NCBI GenBank assembly: GCA_021414205.1
Contig: JAIOOW010000003.1
Location: forward strand, 48-64,047
Length of the DNA stretch: 64,000 bases
Source: Candidatus Anderseniibacteriota bacterium
Lineage (GTDB): Bacteria > Patescibacteriota > Andersenbacteria > UBA10190
Direction: 5' to 3'
Shown: piece after piece, positions 57,455 to 64,000 of the stretch
How positions within the stretch are numbered: position 1 is the stretch's first letter
Layout of the letters: every line of letters begins with the position of its first letter
Made by a program: the position numbers and the translations under genes
Notes under the pieces: generated by a model
Database searches by the model: none
Told to the model about the DNA's origin: nothing
What the model saw: the letters and a program-made list of their open reading frames with translations, nothing else

Positions 57455-57467
57455 TTTGAGGAGATGG

Positions 57468-58027
57468 CTAAGGGTTTTTTTCAAGCGCGCGAACTCGATC
57501 AATTAAATCTTGTAACCTTGCCTCGTCTTTATTTATTTGGTCTTGTAGCTCAGCGGATGCAGTTCCTCCTGGAGGTATCTGGCTTTCTAATGTCGAAATA
57601 TCGTTTGTAATAGCTTGTTCTTGGGATTGGAGGTCCGCAATTTCAGCAGCAGTATCTGTTCCCGAACCCCCAGAACTAGTTGAGGATGTTCCTCCCCCCG
57701 GTGCTCCGCTTCCTACAGGCCCCAAGCTTGGCTCCACTGCATTTTTCCCCAAGAAAGGATTGATGGTGTTAAGCAATACTACGGATATGAATGCAATGAA
57801 TATGCCCAGCAATGCAGACATGATCCATTCTTTGTATCAAGAAAAGCCCCTACTGGCTGATTCGCGGTAAAGGTTTTTGATCCTGGTAATCCGACTTCGA
57901 AACATCCTAATGCGGATGCTGATGATGGGCAGGGCGCAGATGTTTGTGCGTGCGCGGAATATCCAAAAAGTACCGACAAAAAGAGGCTGGAGGTAGTAAT
58001 AAATTTTTTTATGGTGCTATGGTTCAT
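57468..58027 (-). pseudogene. Pilin-like paralogue B, frameshifted (ORFs 57779-58027 and 57468-57821)
   Basis: 5' part has a signal peptide and CPS..GC.EVGLPG like paralogue A; it joins out of frame to KEWIMSALLG at the repeat border (~57830). May be an assembly artefact. Confidence 0.55.
57690..57830. repeat. 141-bp exact direct repeat, copy 1
   Basis: Identical by eye to 58052-58192. Confidence 0.92.
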
Positions 58028-58048
58028 GACGCAAGTAAGTATACCGCA

Positions 58049-58522
58049 CTATCCTCCCCCCGGTGCTCCGCTTCCTACAGGCCCCAAGCTTGGCTCCACT
58101 GCATTTTTCCCCAAGAAAGGATTGATGGTGTTAAGCAATACTACGGATATGAATGCAATGAATATGCCCAGCAATGCAGACATGATCCATTCGGTGATAA
58201 CGCCAATGATGACGAGGATTGCGAGGGCGAATTTCACAACGAGGTTAACTAAATCTCTGATAGGGGTGCCGGCATATGCAATTGCGTCAACTTTTGATCC
58301 AGCACTAAAATCGCTATTGCCCGGCAATCCAACCTCAAGACAGCCGTATGTTGATCCGGATGGGCACGCTTGCGCACTAGTAGAGCTAGAACCTGTGTCT
58401 ATAACATCTCCGCCGGGCGCAGGCTTGCCGTTTCCTATTTGCGCCTGAGCGTACATATGTTGATTTCCGAGCAAGAAAAATGTGCTCATTATCACGAATG
58501 CTATTTTCTGTGGTAGCGGCAT
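58049..58522 (-). CDS. Pilin-like (TrbC/VirB2-type) paralogue A
   Basis: Signal peptide, hydrophobic helices ending LLNTINP; within the T4SS-like locus; start refined to ATG 58522. Confidence 0.65.
   Translation of the reverse strand: MPLPQKIAFVIMSTFFLLGNQHMYAQAQIGNGKPAPGGDVIDTGSSSTSAQACPSGSTYGCLEVGLPGNSDFSAGSKVDAIAYAGTPIRDLVNLVVKFALAILVIIGVITEWIMSALLGIFIAFISVVLLNTINPFLGKNAVEPSLGPVGSGAPGGG
58052..58192. repeat. 141-bp exact direct repeat, copy 2
   Basis: Identical by eye to 57690-57830. Confidence 0.92.
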
Positions 58523-58542
58523 TAATATTAGTATATCACGCA

Positions 58543-59046
58543 CTACTTTACGTTTTGTAAAGAACCGATGCTTTGGCACATACCCAGCGTTGCTTTATCA
58601 ACTGTCCATCCGGTCCATGTGTCGCAATACCCTTTGAATAGTAAGAAGAATACGATAGTTATCAGAACTGTTCCTAGAAGAATTGCGATTAATGAAGTGA
58701 TAATAATTCCACTGATACCTTTTTTCCCTCCAATGTATCTTCCTAACAGCGCTCCCGCAGCTGTTCCTAGGAATGGAATAACAGATCCAATCCACCCTCC
58801 TGCAAATTCGCCCGCTACCTGTCCCGCCTTCTTATCTGCCATTTTTACGGCTCTATTGCTGGCCATGGATTTTAATAGCGATAGATTTTGCTTGTGAGCA
58901 TATTCTCTATTTGCGGTATCTTGATCCTCTTCGTCGATATTCGTGTTTACTAATTGGGGCTTATAGGATCTTTTTTGTATTTGAGCCTCTATGCGATTGC
59001 GATTTGCGTTTAATTCTGCAAGGCGAGCATGTTCATTGCTTGCCAT
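58543..59046 (-). CDS. Hypothetical membrane protein with a glycine-zipper-like segment
   Basis: GEFAGGWIG..IP.LGTAAGALLG plus a TM helix. Confidence 0.65.
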   Translation of the reverse strand: MASNEHARLAELNANRNRIEAQIQKRSYKPQLVNTNIDEEDQDTANREYAHKQNLSLLKSMASNRAVKMADKKAGQVAGEFAGGWIGSVIPFLGTAAGALLGRYIGGKKGISGIIITSLIAILLGTVLITIVFFLLFKGYCDTWTGWTVDKATLGMCQSIGSLQNVK

Positions 59047-59049
59047 ATA

Positions 59050-60876
59050 TTACGCATTAGCGCTCAACTCTTTCTTTGCAGCCTCAATGGCAAGGATTTG
59101 TTGCGGATCGGATGTAATAATCTGGTCTTCTGCATAGCTTGCCACAACTTTGATTGCCACGTGCTTGAGCCCCGCAAAGAAAATACCCTCTCCTACGTCG
59201 CTTTCCAGTAACCTGAACTTTTCGTGGTCCGTTAAGTAGAATACTTCAGATAGAGTATCGATTGCTGCCGGAGATTGTCGCAACAAGAGCTGAATAGATG
59301 AATTCGTCACAATCGGCTTGCCGTACTTTGATGCCAAGAAGTCGGAAATGTCTTGCGTAATCGTTGTTACTCCCAAATAGTACTTGCGGGCGCGTTTTGC
59401 CATAGAGAATAAGAATTTCGCAGATTCTTCGTTGCGCATCATGATCCAGGCTTCGTCTACGACGAGGATTCGTCGCTTTAATTGGCTTCGAACACGGTTC
59501 CAAATGAATCCGAGTACTACATACATGGCAATCGGCCGCAATTCTTCTTCCATGTCTCGGATATTAAATACGATGCACGCTTGATCAAGGTCGATATTGG
59601 TTGCTCGGTTAAATACTCCTGCAAATGTACCTTCTACGAAGCGCTGTAAGCGCACCGCAACGTTCTTTCCACCTTCCATTTCTTTCGTAATGTTGTAAAA
59701 ATCTTGCAGAGTTGGTACTTCTGGATTTTTCCAACGCGCACCGCGTGTAATATCTTTTAATGCATACGTTTCCCAAAGACCAGAGTCAACGATGGATTGC
59801 TCCTCTGCAGAAAGTCCATCGACCATCAAGGAAATTAGACCGATTAAGCGCGTAATATTTTCTCGTAAGGCAGATTCCGGATTTTCGTCTTCAGCTAATT
59901 CCGGTAAATCGAACGGATTGATGCGATGATCGGATGCGATAGCGATTTGCAGATACGCTCCCCCTACGGCTTCCGCGAGGTATCTGTATTCTTGCTCAGG
60001 GTCGATGACGATAACTTCGGTACCAAACATCATACTTCTTAATATTTCCAGTTTTACGGTATAGCTTTTCCCGGCACCGGATTTTGCGAAGATGACCATA
60101 TTGGCATTTTCTAGGCTAAACCTGTCGAACAATACCAAGCTGCTGTTATGCAGGTTGATTCCGTACAGCACTCCCGTATTGCTTGTAAGGTCCGAGCTTA
60201 CGAACGGGAAGCTGGTAGAGAGCGGCGACGTGTTCATGTTCGTATTTACGGCCAAGTTATCGTGTCCGAGCGGTAATGTAGAGGTAAACGCCTGCTCCAT
60301 TTGGAATAGCGCCGGCTTTGCGTAGATAAGGCGCCCTTCGAGCAATACCTCAACTTGAGAGAGGATGTCATCCAATTCTTCCTCCGTATTTGCATACACC
60401 GTAATATAGAGGCCGTACTGATAAAAGCGCTCTGTCCCCTGCACTAAGCGGTCTCGGAGCTCTTCAATGTCTTGGTATGCTGTTTCGAGCTGCGGATCGC
60501 GTACCTTTCCTTGCTCCTGCTGCATCGTAATAGATGTAGATACTTGAGTAATGCGCTTTCTAAGCTCTTTTAAGATGGTTGCAGAGTCTTGCGGATAAAT
60601 AAACATTGCAACGTCGAATTCCACGTCAAAATTTACGATAGAGGCAAACCAATTCGTATCTAGGTATCGCGGATAGGTTGTTACGTAGATTGTTGTGGCA
60701 AATTTGCCGTCTATTTCCAACGACTTTGTCTTCACTTTGAATCCTGATGGGGCTATCAGGTCGCGAAGCGATGATACTCCTTTCTCGAATTGATCCATAA
60801 CGGCCTTATCTTCTTTGCTGATCGGGGCAGTTGGTGTACCCGTCTTTTTTTGTGGGAATAGAGAGGGGAATTTCAT
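59050..60876 (-). CDS. VirB4/TraC-like ATPase
   Basis: YGIN, DRF..EN.N, AKSGAGKS (Walker A), IDPE.EY, INPFD, VVDEAW, KRARKY, TQD motifs. Confidence 0.9.
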   Translation of the reverse strand: MKFPSLFPQKKTGTPTAPISKEDKAVMDQFEKGVSSLRDLIAPSGFKVKTKSLEIDGKFATTIYVTTYPRYLDTNWFASIVNFDVEFDVAMFIYPQDSATILKELRKRITQVSTSITMQQEQGKVRDPQLETAYQDIEELRDRLVQGTERFYQYGLYITVYANTEEELDDILSQVEVLLEGRLIYAKPALFQMEQAFTSTLPLGHDNLAVNTNMNTSPLSTSFPFVSSDLTSNTGVLYGINLHNSSLVLFDRFSLENANMVIFAKSGAGKSYTVKLEILRSMMFGTEVIVIDPEQEYRYLAEAVGGAYLQIAIASDHRINPFDLPELAEDENPESALRENITRLIGLISLMVDGLSAEEQSIVDSGLWETYALKDITRGARWKNPEVPTLQDFYNITKEMEGGKNVAVRLQRFVEGTFAGVFNRATNIDLDQACIVFNIRDMEEELRPIAMYVVLGFIWNRVRSQLKRRILVVDEAWIMMRNEESAKFLFSMAKRARKYYLGVTTITQDISDFLASKYGKPIVTNSSIQLLLRQSPAAIDTLSEVFYLTDHEKFRLLESDVGEGIFFAGLKHVAIKVVASYAEDQIITSDPQQILAIEAAKKELSANA

Positions 60877-61574
60877 AGAGCGGGTTCCGTTTCTTCTACT
60901 TTTAAATCAGTCACATTGCGCAATTTCTGATTTCGCGATGTTGTTGGGTTGAAGTAGTTGTAAAATAACTCAATTAATTCCTGCGTTTTAAGCGGCACCA
61001 CGCGCAAGCCAATTCCTCGAAGGCCGATTGCGATCTGCTCTACTCGGTGGAGAATCTGTGTCTTATTGTGCTCAAACTCAACGTCGTTCATTTTGAGATT
61101 CCCAGTTGCGCCCTTGGCCCCTTTCGTAATTCTGCCGAATGTCCCCTCTTTCTTGCTCTGGGATACGGAGAATGGAATGGTTACAAAGAACGTTTTGGTC
61201 ATGATATTACTTCCTTTTACGAGTTCTCCGATGAAGTTGATATATTCGGTCATCTGTAAATGCAGTAACTCGTTTTTTTGCAGATCCCTAAGGCGTTTTA
61301 CTTCTTCTAAATAGGCCGTAATATCCATTTTTCGAGAAGAAACGGTGAGCTGGATGGAGAAGTCCAATGAATTAATAAATTCCTGATATGCGTAGATGAT
61401 AGCGTTCTGTTCTTCCTCTGATTTTAATGCGAAATTTACGGAAGAGATCATGAGCACGCTTCGCATTGTTCCGTCGTTCAAAATTAAAATTCCATCTCGA
61501 ATCTCCGAAATTTTAATGAGCGATTGGCTTGCACGCCCTTTGCTCGAAGGATTAAGCATGTCGAAGATTGCCAT
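60873..61574 (-). CDS. T4SS-associated protein resembling a VirB4/TraC N-terminal domain
   Basis: I.EIRDG, SSVNFALKSEEEQ, NSLDF.IQ, ELFYNYFNP pattern; ATGA-coupled to the VirB4-like gene. Confidence 0.7.
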   Translation of the reverse strand: MAIFDMLNPSSKGRASQSLIKISEIRDGILILNDGTMRSVLMISSVNFALKSEEEQNAIIYAYQEFINSLDFSIQLTVSSRKMDITAYLEEVKRLRDLQKNELLHLQMTEYINFIGELVKGSNIMTKTFFVTIPFSVSQSKKEGTFGRITKGAKGATGNLKMNDVEFEHNKTQILHRVEQIAIGLRGIGLRVVPLKTQELIELFYNYFNPTTSRNQKLRNVTDLKVEETEPAL

Positions 61575-61598
61575 ACGGGTGCATTATACCACAGCCTG

Positions 61599-62042
61599 CT
61601 ATTTGGGTTCTTCGGCTAATGGATCTTCAATATCTTCCGTGCTGACATTTCCTTTTGTATCGAGCGATTGCGCAATTGCATCGAGCGATGAAGATTCCCG
61701 CTCAGCCTTCGCAGTTGTGCGCACGGCGTCCCATTCATCGTCTACAATCTTGAACGGTTCAACCTTTTGTCTGCGCCATACGTATAGCTGGCCTTTTGAT
61801 ATATATGAAAATCCTGCAAGTATGACGGCGCCGAATGATTTGCCGTATATTTTTACATGAGCAAACACTGCTGCAATGCCTAGGACGGGCAGTGCAATCG
61901 TGATAAATAGCGATAAGTCGGAGTAAATATATACTGGCACAAGTAACATGCACGCAACGATGTACATGATGAATTGCTTGAGCGTAAATGGACCGATAAT
62001 CTTGTCCTCGATGTCCGTAAATTGTGGTACTTGAAATCGCAT
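61599..62042 (-). CDS. PrgI family (VirB3-like) membrane protein
   Basis: FQVPQF.DIEDKIIGPFTLKQF plus two TMs. Confidence 0.85.
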   Translation of the reverse strand: MRFQVPQFTDIEDKIIGPFTLKQFIMYIVACMLLVPVYIYSDLSLFITIALPVLGIAAVFAHVKIYGKSFGAVILAGFSYISKGQLYVWRRQKVEPFKIVDDEWDAVRTTAKAERESSSLDAIAQSLDTKGNVSTEDIEDPLAEEPK

Positions 62043-62045
62043 GGG

Positions 62046-62768
62046 CTATGGTCTACGTGTTGGAGGTAATGGAAACTGTGGCTTCGGCGGAATTGAAGGA
62101 GGTGTAGGCGCCACCCTCGGTAAAGCCGAGGGGCGAGATGGTGTCGTTGGTCGTTGAGATAAATCCACAGTCCTATTCCCCGGCATTAGTTTTTTTTGCA
62201 CTGGCCTTGCCGGCAAATCTTTTTGTTCGGGCCGTGCGTTTAATTCTTTTAAGTCGAGTACATTCTTTGCTCCGCGAAGTCTGGATGGTGTAGTTGGGAT
62301 GGTGTTCACATTAGGTGTTCGATTATTATTTTCAACGTTTTGATTTGGTAATGAATCCAGCTTTTTCTGCGCGGGAGCAGTTGATGGTCCGGATGACTGT
62401 TGTGCCCAAAACGCATCGAGCTCCCCCTGTATCGGGGCAAATAAATCCTGATCGATTTCGGAGGCAAGATTTAGTGCAATATCCATACCTACGCCGGTTT
62501 TTTGGGCAATGAGCGTACTTAAGTCGCTAATATTCTTGTTTCCGATAAATACTTCAAGAATCGAAAGCGCGATTTTGGGCGCATCGTCTGGTGTTATTTT
62601 AGACCCTTTTGTTAACCCCCTGATATATGCTCCAGTATCATCAGAGAAAGCCACGTCTCTAATTTTCTCGGGTGCAGCAATGATTTTACTTAAGTACCCG
62701 GAGCGCCGATCTTCTGGCAGTAATATTACTGAGTTTGCTGGTATTGTTGAGAATAATAATGTGTCCAT
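62046..62768 (-). CDS. Hypothetical protein with a Pro-rich C-terminus
   Basis: Long ORF co-oriented within the T4SS-like operon. Confidence 0.7.
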   Translation of the reverse strand: MDTLLFSTIPANSVILLPEDRRSGYLSKIIAAPEKIRDVAFSDDTGAYIRGLTKGSKITPDDAPKIALSILEVFIGNKNISDLSTLIAQKTGVGMDIALNLASEIDQDLFAPIQGELDAFWAQQSSGPSTAPAQKKLDSLPNQNVENNNRTPNVNTIPTTPSRLRGAKNVLDLKELNARPEQKDLPARPVQKKLMPGNRTVDLSQRPTTPSRPSALPRVAPTPPSIPPKPQFPLPPTRRP

Positions 62769-62777
62769 AGAGAAAAG

Positions 62778-63998
62778 TTATTTTTTGAGATCAGCAACTG
62801 TTTTGGCGATTTTTTCCATAGTCATAGTCTTTTCTTTATCGTTTATGTCCTTAGAGTCAAGTATTGCTGTTTGAAGCTTGGCCATATCTTTTGGTTTTAG
62901 ACTAGCAACGTAGTCTTTATTGCCAGCAATTGCATTACGACGTGATTGGCCACCCTTATTCATAATGAATTCAACGTTTGTATCACCAAGTGCTTTTAAT
63001 ACATGGCCCTTTGAAAGCTCGCTCGGGAGAAGCTCCGCCTTTGTTGTGATGTCGTCGGGCTTCGTAAGCGTGCCTAATGCCTTAATGTCAGCTACTTCCT
63101 TATTCACTTTTGTATTCAGTCCACTTGTTAAGCTATTTCCGAAGCTTGACCCTAGGGTCGACTTACCTTTTAGAAGCTTACCTTCCTTGTCACGCAGATC
63201 GTATCCTAAGCCCTCTCTAATCTTTTTAATCGCGCTATTGCCCTTGAGGTTGTCTTTAGCTGAACCAAGAAAGTCTCCAGCCTGCTGACGCGCTCCCGTA
63301 TACCCCATCTGAGCTAGTCCAGCCCCACCTGCCGCTAGAACACCAGCTCCGACTCCCCCGGTCATTACGCCAACGCCAAGCCCGATTGCCTTCTTCGGGT
63401 TCTTGCGTGCCCATGCGCCTGTTTTATTTGCGAAGCCCATCGCAACATCCGATCCGACTCCTGCCACTCTTTTGCCCGCATAATTTGCGATGAAGAATAG
63501 CGCGATCACTACGATGAAATGCAGCATGGCATTGAATGAAGTTTGCCAAGAAGTGTCGGTAGTTACGTCGCTGGGCAATTCCGGCGAAATATTTTGCACC
63601 TGAATAATAATTAAGAGGAAAAAGAACACGATTGGGCCATATAAAACCCATTTGATAAACATTCCCCACCATGCAGACGCGTATCCAGACGTTTTCGGAA
63701 GGGCAAAGGCAAGGTATGCGAGAGGAGAAACCATGAGGAGCATAATAAGGGCGATATATCGAACGAATAGGTTGATGGCGATGATGCCCATGCCAGCCGT
63801 TAATGCAATCGTAAAGAAACTTTGCTGAATGAGGCGCGACATAATAGCAATAAAATTACTGTTTGTGCCCGGGTCTTGTAACCCGGCCACTTTTTCGTTA
63901 ACAATTTCACTTCTTTCAATTAACTTTGCCGTGAAATTTTTCGCCGTTACTTGCCCTCCACCCATCAAATTTATTTCAACGGCCATAGCTACTCGCGA
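62778..63998 (-). CDS. Partial VirB6/TrbL-like polytopic membrane protein (5' end beyond the window)
   Basis: VRYIAL..L..VSPLAYLA..LP.T...A..WW..F pattern; frame is open upstream of 63986 to the window edge. Confidence 0.7.
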   Translation of the reverse strand, partial: SRVAMAVEINLMGGGQVTAKNFTAKLIERSEIVNEKVAGLQDPGTNSNFIAIMSRLIQQSFFTIALTAGMGIIAINLFVRYIALIMLLMVSPLAYLAFALPKTSGYASAWWGMFIKWVLYGPIVFFFLLIIIQVQNISPELPSDVTTDTSWQTSFNAMLHFIVVIALFFIANYAGKRVAGVGSDVAMGFANKTGAWARKNPKKAIGLGVGVMTGGVGAGVLAAGGAGLAQMGYTGARQQAGDFLGSAKDNLKGNSAIKKIREGLGYDLRDKEGKLLKGKSTLGSSFGNSLTSGLNTKVNKEVADIKALGTLTKPDDITTKAELLPSELSKGHVLKALGDTNVEFIMNKGGQSRRNAIAGNKDYVASLKPKDMAKLQTAILDSKDINDKEKTMTMEKIAKTVADLKK

Positions 63999-64000
63999 CA

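Noticed and set aside
57690-58192. CRISPR, IS ends or DGR template/variable repeat
   Set aside because: Only two long identical copies, no spacers, no adenine-specific mismatches, and no cas, transposase or reverse transcriptase in the window.
57468-64000. Integrative conjugative element
   Set aside because: No relaxase, integrase, att site or obvious compositional break in the window.

Overview
Core chromosomal segment of a small-genome bacterium, most likely Patescibacteria/CPR. This is inferred from the very dense packing, the CPR-style VirB4/PrgI/pilin cluster, the short YebC and Jag, and the divergent EF-P. The window spans the replication origin (rpmH-rnpA-yidD-yidC-jag / dnaA-dnaN-recF-dciA-like, with DnaA boxes and a visible strand-composition switch near 47.5 kb). 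It also holds housekeeping genes (polA, holA, ruvB, ruvC, truB, tsaE, rpsT, efp, a class A PBP), a nonulosonic-acid cluster, gmd/rmd, a Wzx/GT2/O-antigen-ligase-family glycan locus, a 7TM + ATP-grasp/aspartic-peptidase pair and part of a T4SS-like locus. No tRNA, rRNA, CRISPR array, transposase or integrase was seen. The main signals outside the ORF track are: (1) a CIRCE (HrcA operator) abutting the promoter of an alternative sigma-70 gene; (2) a ~138-nt rod-shaped, 6S-like ncRNA with its own promoter upstream of ruvB; (3) a -10 hexamer 6-8 nt before the ATG of about 25 genes, implying widespread leaderless mRNAs and including a zero-gap divergent pair; (4) a DnaA-box cluster inside a glycosyltransferase gene ~4.5 kb from dnaA; (5) two pilin paralogues sharing an identical 141-bp block, with apparent deletions at its border; and (6) two small unannotated proteins. 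All calls come from motif recognition by eye; no searches were run.
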